Shown: one piece after another, positions 19,233 to 29,726 of the stretch
How the letters are laid out: every line of letters starts with the position of its first letter
Numbering within the stretch: position 1 is the stretch's first letter
Origin: an uncultured Gammaproteobacteria bacterium
GTDB lineage: Bacteria > Patescibacteriota > Microgenomatia > Daviesbacterales > UBA10151
Length of the DNA stretch: 64,000 nt
Assembly (NCBI GenBank): GCA_964387865.1
Contig: CAYLXC010000002.1
Span: 18,676 to 82,675 of the forward strand
Direction: 5' to 3'
Translations under genes and position numbers: made by a program
The notes under the pieces: model-generated
Told to the model about the DNA's origin: nothing
Databases searched by the model: none
What the model saw: only the letters and a program-made list of their open reading frames with translations

Positions 19233-20411
19233 ATGGCAAGTAAGAAAAAATTTATTCCCGGAAAAACAAGAGTTTTGTATGGTGGAGTTGCTTTTGGAAA
19301 AGAAGAACGGAGAGCAATTGATGAAATTTTAGATAAGAATTGGTGGGGATTATCCGAACAGGGAAAACTATTTGAAAAGGAGTTAGCAGAAACACAGGGA
19401 GTAAAAAGAGCAATCCTTGCAAATTCAGGATCTTCTGCATTAGACCTTGGCATTAGAGCGCTACAGCTCCCTAAAGGAAGTGAAGTAATTGTTCCTGCCT
19501 GTACATTCCCGACTCCAATAGCATCTTTAATAAATTATGGTCTTAAACCAGTGGTTGCTGATATAGAAATTGGTAATTATTTCTTTAGCCCAAAATCTTT
19601 AGAAAGGTCAATAAGCAAAAAGACCGCTGCAATTCTACTTGTTTATGTTGCCGGATTAGTGGGTGATTTAGACAAAATATTAAATATTGCAAAGAAAAAT
19701 AAATTAAAAGTAATTGAAGATAATTGTGATGGATTTGGTGGAATATGGAAAGGTAGAATGCTTGGAAGTTTTGGTGAGTTTTCTACAATCTCCACGCATG
19801 CAGCACATATAATCTCAACAGGTGAAGGTGGGGTAGTCTTAACCAATGATGATGAATTGGCAGATAGAGTTATATCTATAAGGGATTGGGGAAGAATTTT
19901 AGATTTTGAGGATAGGAAAAAGGAACTAGGAGATTTTCCTGCAGATTATAGGAGATACATATATTCGGAATTAGGATCAAACCTTAAACCGTTAGAACTA
20001 CAAGCTGCAATGGGTAGAGTACAACTGAGAAGATTACAAGAATTTAAAAAGAAAAGAAAAAGGAATGCTGAAGTTTTAAGAAAAATACTTTCTGAATATA
20101 AAGATAGAGTTATTTTGCCATCCCATCATCCTAATGCAGATGTCTGTTGGTATACTTTCCCGGTTACATTAAGAAGGGGCTCCAGAAAAAAAGTTTTGGA
20201 GGCTTTAGACAAAGCAAACATCGAATGGAGGCCAATTTTGGCAGGAAACATTGCTCGTCAACCAGCTTTTGTTAATCATATAATAGTTCGAGATAAATTA
20301 AATAATTCAGATCAATTATTGAACCAAAGTTTTTGGGTATCTGTGCATCCTACACATTCAATCGAGGTTATGGAATTTGTAGCAAACACAATAAAAAAAG
20401 CTCTTGATTAA
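19233..20411 (+). CDS. DegT/DnrJ/EryC1/StrS-family PLP-dependent sugar aminotransferase
   Basis: 'FGKEERRAIDEILDKNWW...QGKLFEKELAETQGVKRAILANSGSSALDLGIRAL' and 'VFSTISTHAAHIISTGEGG', with a probable PLP-binding Lys nearby. Confidence 0.8.
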   Translation: MASKKKFIPGKTRVLYGGVAFGKEERRAIDEILDKNWWGLSEQGKLFEKELAETQGVKRAILANSGSSALDLGIRALQLPKGSEVIVPACTFPTPIASLINYGLKPVVADIEIGNYFFSPKSLERSISKKTAAILLVYVAGLVGDLDKILNIAKKNKLKVIEDNCDGFGGIWKGRMLGSFGEFSTISTHAAHIISTGEGGVVLTNDDELADRVISIRDWGRILDFEDRKKELGDFPADYRRYIYSELGSNLKPLELQAAMGRVQLRRLQEFKKKRKRNAEVLRKILSEYKDRVILPSHHPNADVCWYTFPVTLRRGSRKKVLEALDKANIEWRPILAGNIARQPAFVNHIIVRDKLNNSDQLLNQSFWVSVHPTHSIEVMEFVANTIKKALD

Positions 20412-20417
20412 ATTAAT

Positions 20418-21344
20418 ATGTCTGCCAAAAACATTCACACACTTCTGATTACCGGTTCAACTGGTTTGGTTGGATCAAGATTTGTTGAACTTTTTAAAAA
20501 CAATTTTTCAATCGTTACTATCGGAAGAAGTAATGTAGATAATCAGATAGATTTAACTTCCAAAGAAGAAGTATTCAGAACTATTCAATCATCTGATGCT
20601 GATGCTGTAATCAATTTTGCAGCTTACACTAATGTAGATGAAGCGGAAAAAGAAAAAGGAGATACAAAAGGAGAGGTATACACCATAAATACACTACTGC
20701 CATTTTGGCTTGCAAAAAGTTGCCAAACTTCCGGAAAGAAACTTTATCATATCTCGACCGATTATGTTTTTGATGGAAAACAAACGAATAGGTCCTACAC
20801 AGAAGAAGATATTCCTAAACCGGTTGACTGTTGGTATTCAATAACAAAATATGAAGGAGAAATTGGCGTTGCTAACGGTTTTAAAAAACAGGAAAATTTT
20901 TCAATTATTCGGATATCCTATCCATACAGCGGTGTTTATAAGAGAAAATTAGATGTTGCCAGAGCTATTATAGAAAGGTTGGTTAGGAAAGAGTCCTATT
21001 TTGGTATAACAGATCAGAAAGTAAAACCAACTAGTGTGGATGATATTGCAAATGCTTTAAATCTGCTGCTAAAAAAGAGGGTCTATGGTATATTTCATAT
21101 TGCAGGTAATTTTTCTCCAAATGAATACATTACTCCTTATGACTTTGCACTCAAAATTGCTGAAACTTTCGAATTGGATTCTTCGTTAATTAAGCCTATA
21201 ACCTTTTTAGAATTTTCAAAAGAAAGGATTACACCAAGGCCTCAACATACATGGCTTGATACTACAAAAATAGAATCGCTTGGTTTTAGTATTACTAATA
21301 CTAATCAAGCTCTAAATAGATTAAGACAACAATTTAACCACTAG
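20418..21344 (+). CDS. RmlD-like NAD(P)-dependent reductase/epimerase (dTDP-4-dehydrorhamnose reductase family SDR)
   Basis: 'LLITGSTGLVGSRFVEL' and 'YSITKYEGE' (YxxxK). About 300 aa. Paralog of 35274..36167. Confidence 0.6.
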   Translation: MSAKNIHTLLITGSTGLVGSRFVELFKNNFSIVTIGRSNVDNQIDLTSKEEVFRTIQSSDADAVINFAAYTNVDEAEKEKGDTKGEVYTINTLLPFWLAKSCQTSGKKLYHISTDYVFDGKQTNRSYTEEDIPKPVDCWYSITKYEGEIGVANGFKKQENFSIIRISYPYSGVYKRKLDVARAIIERLVRKESYFGITDQKVKPTSVDDIANALNLLLKKRVYGIFHIAGNFSPNEYITPYDFALKIAETFELDSSLIKPITFLEFSKERITPRPQHTWLDTTKIESLGFSITNTNQALNRLRQQFNH

Positions 21345-22077
21345 TAATTAAAAAATTTGCCTTTCTGATATTTAGGCGATGAAAGATATACTCTATGAGT
21401 AACCTTATATTTTCAATCCCATGTTTTATGGAACCAATAAGGTTAGGTGAGATAGCTTCTTTAGAGTACCTTTTTGTAACAGGTACCTCGGCAATTTTAA
21501 ATCCAAAGTAAACAGTTTGAATTATCAGCTGAGGATCAAAAAGATAACCATTACCATTTTTCATAAAAGGAATCGTTTTGAGTAGTTTCTTTGTATATCC
21601 TCTATATCCTGAATTAACTTCTATTAAATTTGTACCCAATACAAGATTAAAAAGTAGCGCAATTATCCTAAGTGATAATGATTTATAAACTGGTGTCTGA
21701 TTAATCCCGGTTGTTAAAAAACGCGATCCTAAGATTAGGTCCCCTTTGCCTTGCTTAAGTGCCCTTATAAACTTAGGTATTTCTCCACCATCATATTGTC
21801 CATCCGGATGCAACATTATGATATAATCCGCTTCCCTTTTTAAGCTTTCTGTATAGAGAGTTTTTTGATTGGCTCCATATCCTAAATTTCTTTTGTGAAC
21901 AATAGGTTTTATATCTAGACTTTTTATCACTTCAACAGTTCTATCTTTCGATCCATCATCAACTATAATGATCTCATCGACAAAAGACTTTGGAATTTTT
22001 ATATAAACATCCTTTAATGTCCTTTCCGAATTATAAGCAGGAATTACTACCAAAACTTTACCATCTCCGTCTTTCAT
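21334..22077 (-). CDS. GT2 polyprenyl-phosphate glycosyltransferase (DPM1/GtrB-like)
   Basis: 'VLVVIPAYNSERTL', 'EIIIVDDGSKDRT'. About 247 aa. Confidence 0.7.
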   Translation of the reverse strand: MKDGDGKVLVVIPAYNSERTLKDVYIKIPKSFVDEIIIVDDGSKDRTVEVIKSLDIKPIVHKRNLGYGANQKTLYTESLKREADYIIMLHPDGQYDGGEIPKFIRALKQGKGDLILGSRFLTTGINQTPVYKSLSLRIIALLFNLVLGTNLIEVNSGYRGYTKKLLKTIPFMKNGNGYLFDPQLIIQTVYFGFKIAEVPVTKRYSKEAISPNLIGSIKHGIENIRLLIEYIFHRLNIRKANFLITSG

Positions 22078-22130
22078 ATTTTAAATCACAAATGATAATA
22101 TCATAATAATGTCTGTTAACCAATTGACCC

Positions 22131-24002
22131 ATGAAGATAATTGCAGGTAGTTTCTTGATTGTTAAAATCTTTATTGTGATTTTGCTAGTATGGGCCATAC
22201 AAACCCTTTTTCTTCATGAGCTAGTTAATAACGGTATATCTGGAGACGACCTGGAATGGCTTTTCTATTTTCATGCATATAGAGGCGATCTTATTAGCCA
22301 GTTCCCTTTTATTTGGAATGATAGGACCATTTACATTGTACAAGAAATATATTATATGGGAATGCTGGAGGGTATTTTTGGCTTTTTAAATCTACCCGCT
22401 TTTCAACTGACCCATCTGTTATTTAAATCTCTGGCTACTTTATCATTATATTTCTTAATCTTCAGCTTGCTTAAAAACAGGCTTTTTGCTTTTTTAGCAG
22501 CATTCTTCTTTATTATTTCTTCCTCAACAACCGGGGTATTTGAACTAGTAGTGTATGGTACATGTTTCTTATCTATAAGCTTTATTTGTTTTTTCATTCT
22601 TTTTTATATCCAGTCTTTAAAAGATAGTAAAAAGATTTTACTAGCCTCACTATTTCTCTTTCTGGCACTTGTTCTATGTCCACCGAGAACTTTTCCTATC
22701 ATAGTAGTTCCTTTTGTTGTGGAATTAATTCGTTTGATTAGGAAATTTAGACCCTTTGTTTTTTTACGAAGACTATTAATTTTTTACTTTCTGCCATTTA
22801 CATTATTCGGGGGGGATGCAAGACATGTTACAGGGGGGTCATGGGTTGTTCATCTTTATGATTTTACAGCGGGCAATTATTATTCGATCACATACCCTCT
22901 TCAAGTACTCAGCTCTCTTTTTATTGATAAAAGCTTCCTGGAATATATTTTCGGCCAATGGAAGAATGTAAATTTAAATGTAGTTTTAGCATTACAGCTA
23001 CTCTTGCTTCCTTTCTCGATATTTCTGGGCTTAATCATAAAAACGAAGAAGCTCGGTATTTTCCTTGTTAAGATAACATTGTTAACTTTTCTCCTGCAAG
23101 CTATTCTGTATGTGCTTGGTTCCCTAAGCCATGATTTACCACCAGGGTTTGCTATTATACAAAAAGTAAATTTTAACACCATATCATTTTTACAAGCATC
23201 CCTGGGAGGATACCTCTTAATCTTTGGATTATTCTTAGGGTTTGAGTGCTGGCAGAATCAAAGGAATAATCATCTGATGAGGGTTTTAGTGGCAGCTTGG
23301 CTTTGGACAGTAATATCTTTAATTTTAATATGGTTTAGTGCTGGGGGAGTGCAGATAGCAGATCAAGTTGATCGAAGATATGTATTACTTACATCTTTAG
23401 GAGCTGTTGTTTTCACTGCTGGAATATTTACCTTAGCTATTGAAAGTTTACTGAAAATAAGAAATCGAGCTGCTAAAATATCATCACTTTTTCTAATATG
23501 TGTTGCCCTACTAACAATTACTTTTGGCAATTACAGATTTTTGGATCAATATTTTTATAAGAGAAATCAGGAGTTGGGTTTTGATTCTTCCTGGCAAAAA
23601 CTTATGTATCAACGGTTTCTAAACAAATTCGGAAAAGCTAACTTACATAAAGACGCCTTTATATACATAGATTTTAGTGGGAGTGAGGAGAAAGATAGAA
23701 TATTCTACACAAATTCAGTTGGAATTATTTATAAACTGATATATTATGAAGATGGTCACCTAATAAGGGATAACTGTAAGGCGGTAGTTCATGACCCCAG
23801 AGTTTTAAAGAAGTCTTATACTGTTGTCAATGGGGAAAAAGGTTTTATCTTTGATACCATCTGTGTCAATCCTGTTATAGGACAAGATGGTAAACCTCAT
23901 TACTATTCTTTGGATAATTTTTATGCTTATTCACTGCAAAATAGGGAATTTGTAGACATTAAGGAAAAAACTATAGCCGAGCTTGATCAAGCTGTACCTT
24001 AG
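22131..24002 (+). CDS. Family-B polytopic membrane protein (623 aa), GT-C-type glycosyltransferase candidate
   Basis: About 12-13 TM helices. First loop 'NGISGDDLEW' (acidic GT-C-like motif). C-terminal soluble region ends 'NFYAYSLQNREFVDIKEKTIAEL'. Confidence 0.5.
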   Translation: MKIIAGSFLIVKIFIVILLVWAIQTLFLHELVNNGISGDDLEWLFYFHAYRGDLISQFPFIWNDRTIYIVQEIYYMGMLEGIFGFLNLPAFQLTHLLFKSLATLSLYFLIFSLLKNRLFAFLAAFFFIISSSTTGVFELVVYGTCFLSISFICFFILFYIQSLKDSKKILLASLFLFLALVLCPPRTFPIIVVPFVVELIRLIRKFRPFVFLRRLLIFYFLPFTLFGGDARHVTGGSWVVHLYDFTAGNYYSITYPLQVLSSLFIDKSFLEYIFGQWKNVNLNVVLALQLLLLPFSIFLGLIIKTKKLGIFLVKITLLTFLLQAILYVLGSLSHDLPPGFAIIQKVNFNTISFLQASLGGYLLIFGLFLGFECWQNQRNNHLMRVLVAAWLWTVISLILIWFSAGGVQIADQVDRRYVLLTSLGAVVFTAGIFTLAIESLLKIRNRAAKISSLFLICVALLTITFGNYRFLDQYFYKRNQELGFDSSWQKLMYQRFLNKFGKANLHKDAFIYIDFSGSEEKDRIFYTNSVGIIYKLIYYEDGHLIRDNCKAVVHDPRVLKKSYTVVNGEKGFIFDTICVNPVIGQDGKPHYYSLDNFYAYSLQNREFVDIKEKTIAELDQAVP

Positions 24003-24026
24003 GCTAATTTGTTATTATAAAAGAAA

Positions 24027-25892
24027 ATGGGAAAAAATTTAGTCTTAATTGTGATCCTGATAATAATAGTTTTTGCTTCACAATTTATATTAGCTCGAAA
24101 ACAGCTTGATTATGGATTCTACAATGATGATTGGTATGTTCTAGGGTGGTATAAACAAGTTGTTGGAAATCCTATTTTGGATATGCCGAAAGCCTTCAAG
24201 GAGATTGGTCCTCACAACTTTGTTCATGCTTATTATATGGGGGTAATGTTTGATTTTTTTAAACTGAACTATCCTTACTACCATGTTATAAATACATTAC
24301 TTAAAGCTTTAGCTGTTTTAAGCTTTTTTCCTGTAGTTTATCTTCTGTTTAAGAGTAAATTCTTAGCCTTTTTAGCCACTTTTATTTTTGCAGTCCACTT
24401 CTCTCCATATGGAGTGATATACCATGTGATAGGAGGAGAAGGTTCTCTAGTTGTTATTTTTATGAATTTGTTTTTGGCAGTCTATATTTATTCTTCCCAA
24501 AAACATTTGCTTAACAATGTAAAAATTTTATTTCTACTACTTGCACTTCTTTTAACAACAGCTTCCTTTGAGATTACCAGGGCTTATCCGGTTTTATTAT
24601 TCTTGCCCTTTTTAGAATTTATAAATTTTTTTGTTAACAGAGCATCAACCAATGTTAAAGCAATACTCTTAAGACTTCTATTTCTCTATTCTCCATTCAT
24701 TTTCCTACTGGCTTACCATCCTTCAGCTCTAAACGAAATAAATTTTAACAAATTTATACGTATTATAGATTGGGGTAACTATCAACTAATCCTTACTATT
24801 TTTAGTTCATTTGGAAGTACTTTTGTTCCGGAAGGTCTGATAGATCAGTTAAATTTGTTTGCAAGAATAGGAGAGGGTGTTCTTTACAGGGATTTGGAAA
24901 CCTTTCTTACCTTCCTGATTTTTAGATTTTTGATAATCTCTATTCCGTTACTTATAGTCATAAGCTCATTGGTTGGTCTGAAGCCTAAATGGATTTTGAG
25001 AAGTTTATTTTTAATCATTAGTTTTTCGATCCTAGCCTTTTGGCTTGCTAATCATTGGTTGTATCTTGACCCTAAGCTTCGTGCCCCGGTTGATCCTTCA
25101 ACATATTTCATTCCAGCCTTAATTGGTTTGTTTGTATTTTCTTGCGCAATTTCATTTTTGATTGAGTGGTTTTATAATAGGGGAAATAATCTTCTTTTTT
25201 CGCTTGCCTTAGCCCCCATTTTTTCTCTTCTTTATACTTTTTTAACCTGGATTTTGGTTGATGATAATGCTATTTTTATGGGAGTTCATGCTTACTTGAA
25301 TATTCCTGCCATAGGATCCAGTTTATTTCTTGCGATACTGCTCTATTTGACCTTTCAAAAACTTTTATCTAATCAATCTAAAATAATTGGCAAATTTGTT
25401 GCCTCCTTCACTATCATTTATTTTTTATTTTTCATAACTTTCAGTGCACACCAGATTGATAAATTCTTCTCCTATTGGCTAAAAACTGGTTTTGCCGCTT
25501 CAGAACAGGAGCGTATGCATAATAGTTTTTGGAAGGAAGTTGGACTAGGTAAATCTGAAACTCAAGATCCAGTTCTGATTTACCACGATGGTTCACAAGA
25601 TAACGAAAATGGATACTTTTATGCTAATTCTTTTGTCTGGTCTATTCCAGCAATGTTGACTGTAGAAAAGGGTTTACCTTTTGATCCCGGCGGATATTGC
25701 AAAGCAGCGATGTCTTATAAAGATTTTGAAAACTTAAGAATTGAGGAAGTTAATGGTAAAAAAATGGTTGTTCAAAGTGGTTGTGGTAATGATCTTTATT
25801 ATTCCTTGGAAAACTTTTTTGCTTTTAAGATGATTAATCGGGATCTTGTTCCAATCAGATTGGAGGTTCTCAAACTGTTAGGAATTGAGTAA
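24027..25892 (+). CDS. Family-B polytopic membrane protein (621 aa), GT-C-type glycosyltransferase candidate
   Basis: 'YGFYNDDWYVLGW' first-loop motif, 'AYLNIPAIGSSLF' and C-terminal 'NFFAFKMINRDLVPIRLEVL'. Confidence 0.5.
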   Translation: MGKNLVLIVILIIIVFASQFILARKQLDYGFYNDDWYVLGWYKQVVGNPILDMPKAFKEIGPHNFVHAYYMGVMFDFFKLNYPYYHVINTLLKALAVLSFFPVVYLLFKSKFLAFLATFIFAVHFSPYGVIYHVIGGEGSLVVIFMNLFLAVYIYSSQKHLLNNVKILFLLLALLLTTASFEITRAYPVLLFLPFLEFINFFVNRASTNVKAILLRLLFLYSPFIFLLAYHPSALNEINFNKFIRIIDWGNYQLILTIFSSFGSTFVPEGLIDQLNLFARIGEGVLYRDLETFLTFLIFRFLIISIPLLIVISSLVGLKPKWILRSLFLIISFSILAFWLANHWLYLDPKLRAPVDPSTYFIPALIGLFVFSCAISFLIEWFYNRGNNLLFSLALAPIFSLLYTFLTWILVDDNAIFMGVHAYLNIPAIGSSLFLAILLYLTFQKLLSNQSKIIGKFVASFTIIYFLFFITFSAHQIDKFFSYWLKTGFAASEQERMHNSFWKEVGLGKSETQDPVLIYHDGSQDNENGYFYANSFVWSIPAMLTVEKGLPFDPGGYCKAAMSYKDFENLRIEEVNGKKMVVQSGCGNDLYYSLENFFAFKMINRDLVPIRLEVLKLLGIE

Positions 25893-25896
25893 CCAT

Positions 25897-27744
25897 TTAA
25901 AGTTGGGGTCTAATTTTTTCCATTATTTCTGACTTTATATTAATAATATCCTTATTTTGTAATTTGAATGCATAAAAATCTTTTAGAGGGAAAAACTTAT
26001 CTGCCCCACCAAAATCCTTATAGAAAAAGCCTTCTGTATTATTTGATAAACCATAGCTTGATATAAGTTTTTCTTCATCGTTAACCAAAAGAGCAACTGG
26101 GCAAGGTAATTTAGAATGGAATGGTCCATAAAGGTTGTACCACCTGTCAAATCTGTCAACCATAATAACGTTATGGGAGTATTCATTTTGCTGATCACCT
26201 TTTGTATATAAATAAAAAAATTTATTACAAGACTGCGGTTCTTCAATAAGTTTCCAAAATTGGTTTTTCATGCTGACTTGATCTGAGGCTCTCATCCCGC
26301 CGCTATCAAGAAACCTTTTTAGATATAATTGCATTTGGTCATTACTAAGGAAGAAATATGGTATTAATATTAAAAAAATAGCAGGAGCGAAATTTTTAAG
26401 AATTTTGTTGTTTTTGAATTTTGTATAAACATAAGTCAAAATAGAGGCAATCGCTGCCGAGATACCCATGCTGGGGAGGGTTGAATAACCATTTATTCCG
26501 AGCGGTATATAAACATGATCTTGTAGAATCCAGGTAAACAATATAGAAGTTAGCGCAAAAGACATTCCTAGAAGGTATAGTTTAAGGTATATATTCTGTT
26601 TATCATTTTGCCACTGTTTAAATATAAAGATTGTTAAAACAGTAATATAGATTCCAAATAGAGCAGCAGGAGTATAGGTTGTAGGGTCGTAATACTTTTT
26701 TATATCTGGGGGTAAATTTAAGGCATGGTCAATTATTAAAAAAACAATTAACTGCAGAATAAAATTTATAATGAAAACTAGAAAAAAAAATTTAAGCGGT
26801 TTTTTTGATAGAACTTTTGATAAAAAAAGCGTGAGAGATCCAAGAATTACCAAAGGACCACCAATAAAAAAGGGTATAAAACTTTCTAAATTCCAGGATG
26901 CGGAACTAAGAAACTTCAGCCCATCACCTACTAAGAAAAGACCACCTATTGTTGTAAAAGGAGTAAGGAATACTTGTAAATTTCCTAAGTATGCATTGCG
27001 TATATTTGCTACAAAGTTTCCATAGGGAGTTCCCTGGTTTCCCATGACAATAAGAAAGACAACGAAGGGTAAAAGAAATATTATGAGGGTTTTTGAGATC
27101 CATAAAAGATTAGAAAGCGATTTGTCTTTTAAATATATTATAGCCCCAAGAAAGATAATAAACATTAGGATTGGATACGCCCTTATCGGATTAATAAAAA
27201 AAGAAAAGAATAAGAATACAGAAGTTAGTATGGTCCATAAAATATTTTTGGGTCTTTTTTTATAAAGCAAGTAAAAGAAGATGAAAAAAATGTTCATTGC
27301 AGGCATTAATAAATAATCTTGCGTTCTGGATACCATTTCAAATGATCCAATAGAACCATAATGTATAGAAAATATAAGTGCGGAGATAAAAGCTAGTAAA
27401 CGAGTGTTAAATACAACTTGAATTAAGATATAGAAACTTATAATAGATAAAATTTTAAAAATTAAGCTGGTTATCTGATATGCTTCGTAATTAAAGCCAA
27501 ATAAGCTGAAAAGAATACCACTATAATAAATATGAGGGGCATGATAGGGTCCTGCATCCTGCCATACCTGATTAAATTTTAAAAAGGGGTTTGATCCAAG
27601 ACTCGAAAAATCAGAGAAGAACCAAACATCATCTGGAGAAAAACCAAATTCCAAATGGGGTTTTAGGATTAAGCTTTGGGAAAAACTTATAAGCAGAATA
27701 AATATTAATAAAAAAAGCCATTCCTTCTTAAAATAAGATATCAT
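25897..27744 (-). CDS. Family-B polytopic membrane protein (615 aa), GT-C-type glycosyltransferase candidate (inverted copy)
   Basis: 'FGFSPDDVWFFSDF', C-terminal 'DFYAFKLQNKDIINIKSEIMEK'. Confidence 0.5.
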   Translation of the reverse strand: MISYFKKEWLFLLIFILLISFSQSLILKPHLEFGFSPDDVWFFSDFSSLGSNPFLKFNQVWQDAGPYHAPHIYYSGILFSLFGFNYEAYQITSLIFKILSIISFYILIQVVFNTRLLAFISALIFSIHYGSIGSFEMVSRTQDYLLMPAMNIFFIFFYLLYKKRPKNILWTILTSVFLFFSFFINPIRAYPILMFIIFLGAIIYLKDKSLSNLLWISKTLIIFLLPFVVFLIVMGNQGTPYGNFVANIRNAYLGNLQVFLTPFTTIGGLFLVGDGLKFLSSASWNLESFIPFFIGGPLVILGSLTLFLSKVLSKKPLKFFFLVFIINFILQLIVFLIIDHALNLPPDIKKYYDPTTYTPAALFGIYITVLTIFIFKQWQNDKQNIYLKLYLLGMSFALTSILFTWILQDHVYIPLGINGYSTLPSMGISAAIASILTYVYTKFKNNKILKNFAPAIFLILIPYFFLSNDQMQLYLKRFLDSGGMRASDQVSMKNQFWKLIEEPQSCNKFFYLYTKGDQQNEYSHNVIMVDRFDRWYNLYGPFHSKLPCPVALLVNDEEKLISSYGLSNNTEGFFYKDFGGADKFFPLKDFYAFKLQNKDIINIKSEIMEKIRPQL

Positions 27745-27777
27745 TTTAGTTTGTAACTGATATATAATAAGGCAAAA
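27745..27777. promoter_or_regulatory. Compact divergent promoter between two family-B genes
   Basis: A 33-nt spacer containing 'TGATATATAAT' (extended -10-like TATAAT) about 10 nt upstream of the GTG start at 27778. Confidence 0.3.
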
Positions 27778-29709
27778 GTGAGAGGTTTACTACTAGATAA
27801 AAAAAATTTACTTACACTTCTTTTTTTACTAATCCTCACGGTTACTTTGAATAGTCTAATTTTTTCAAACCAGTTAAATTATGGATTTAGAGATGTAGAT
27901 TGGCAAGTGCTTTATTATTTTAAGCTTTTCGGTAATTTATCTTTAGATCATTTGCTAGAAAATATTAAAGTTTTGGGGGTTTATATTTCTGAATCATACT
28001 ATGTTGGATTACTTGAGAAACTCTTTGGATTAAACTTTATAAAGCTTCATCAGGTCAGCCATTTTTTCAAAGTCGCTGCCGCAATAAGTGTTTATATACT
28101 TATATTAATAGTTTTCAAAAAGAGGCTACTGGCATTTATTACAAGTTTAATATACACAATTTCTTATACTCATGCAGGAGTTCTTTTTCAATTAGCATCC
28201 GGGGTAATTTTTTTAACCACAATACTCATGAATTCATTTTTAATTACATATTATTACAGTTTATTAGGAAAAGACATTATAAAACACTCTATCATTGCTG
28301 GTGTTTTGTTAATTTCTGCACTAATCTTAAAGCCTGAAAGGATGTATCCGTTGATAGCTTTAATCCTACTTGTAGAAATTTTTTTAGTTGTGCGAGGCAA
28401 TTTTTTAAAAAGTTTACAAATTTCATGTTTAAAGCGAACCGTTACCATTTTTTTGCCGCTTATTTTTCTTGTTGTTTTCTATATATTCCTACTTAAAGAT
28501 ATTGCCCCTTCAGGGTTTACTCCCAATCAATTTTTTGAAAGTACAAGTATAAGGATTGATAGTGTTACCGGTGGGAATTGGCAGCTTTTAATATATCCTT
28601 TTGCATCATTTGGAAGTATATTTTTATATGAGGATTACTGGAAGCTTCTGGGCATGTTAAATTTTCAAAATTTCACAGCATATCTTTCTTCCTTAATTTT
28701 TGGTCCAGTTTTTCGGTTGGGAGTAGTCGCATTTATTCTCATTTCAGTAATTTTTAGAAAATCTTTCAAATTAACATTAATTACCATGGTTTCGGTTTTT
28801 ATTTTCGGGCTAATAATCTTTTGGTTAAACACTAATTGGCAGCATATAAATATGTCGGTACGTATCCACTTTGATCCAAATTTAATGGCTCAACCTGCCA
28901 TATTTGGTTTCTATATTTTTATACTGAACCTTATATTTTTTATTAAGTGGATCAGAAGTAATGATCCGATGCTCCTTCCCCTTATTGTTGGTTTTTCCTT
29001 TGCGATTTTATTTACCCTGCTTAGCTGGATTCCCTCTGACATACAGCTAATATTTATGGGGCCTCAAAGATATTTAAGCATACCCTCAATCGGCACAAGT
29101 CTTTTTATCTCTGGACTGCTGGTGATAGTTTTCAATAGATTACAAGAAGTAAAATTTACTAAACAGTTTGCCTGGATAATTTTTTTAATTTTAGCCCCTT
29201 TAATTTTTGTAAATTTCCAGGTTGCCAATAAATTTTTTGATTACGAACTGACGTTTGCCGGATTGATAGGAAGCGATCAAATAAGAATGAAAAACAAGTT
29301 TCGTTATCTTGCAAAAGATCTTAGCCAGGAAGACAAATCACTATTTTATTTTGATGAAACTGCGGATAAAGATAATGGATACTTTGACGAAGGTACCACA
29401 ATGGCAGGATTTGAATTTTGGACTAGGATCAACAGTGACGGCACTTTAAACACTTTTCCGGAGCCAGGAATGTTGAGGACCAATGTTCAATGTATTGAAC
29501 ATACTCATCAAAGTTGTTTAAAAATGTTGCATAAAGGATTAGCAGAAGAAAATGGCGAGAAAGGAATTTGGTATAAAGATGTAATTAGAGCTAAACAAGG
29601 ACTACGTTTTTATAAACTTACTAATTTTTACGCATTTAGATTTATCAATAAAGATATAGTGGATATTAGGAAAGAAGTTTTAGAAGAGCTAACTGCTACA
29701 AATCACTAA
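27778..29709 (+). CDS. Family-B polytopic membrane protein (643 aa), GT-C-type glycosyltransferase candidate
   Basis: GTG start. 'YGFRDVDWQVLYYF', 'RYLSIPSIGTSLF', C-terminal 'NFYAFRFINKDIVDIRKEVLEEL'. Confidence 0.5.
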   Translation: MRGLLLDKKNLLTLLFLLILTVTLNSLIFSNQLNYGFRDVDWQVLYYFKLFGNLSLDHLLENIKVLGVYISESYYVGLLEKLFGLNFIKLHQVSHFFKVAAAISVYILILIVFKKRLLAFITSLIYTISYTHAGVLFQLASGVIFLTTILMNSFLITYYYSLLGKDIIKHSIIAGVLLISALILKPERMYPLIALILLVEIFLVVRGNFLKSLQISCLKRTVTIFLPLIFLVVFYIFLLKDIAPSGFTPNQFFESTSIRIDSVTGGNWQLLIYPFASFGSIFLYEDYWKLLGMLNFQNFTAYLSSLIFGPVFRLGVVAFILISVIFRKSFKLTLITMVSVFIFGLIIFWLNTNWQHINMSVRIHFDPNLMAQPAIFGFYIFILNLIFFIKWIRSNDPMLLPLIVGFSFAILFTLLSWIPSDIQLIFMGPQRYLSIPSIGTSLFISGLLVIVFNRLQEVKFTKQFAWIIFLILAPLIFVNFQVANKFFDYELTFAGLIGSDQIRMKNKFRYLAKDLSQEDKSLFYFDETADKDNGYFDEGTTMAGFEFWTRINSDGTLNTFPEPGMLRTNVQCIEHTHQSCLKMLHKGLAEENGEKGIWYKDVIRAKQGLRFYKLTNFYAFRFINKDIVDIRKEVLEELTATNH

Positions 29710-29726
29710 ATATTTGTGGTATCATC

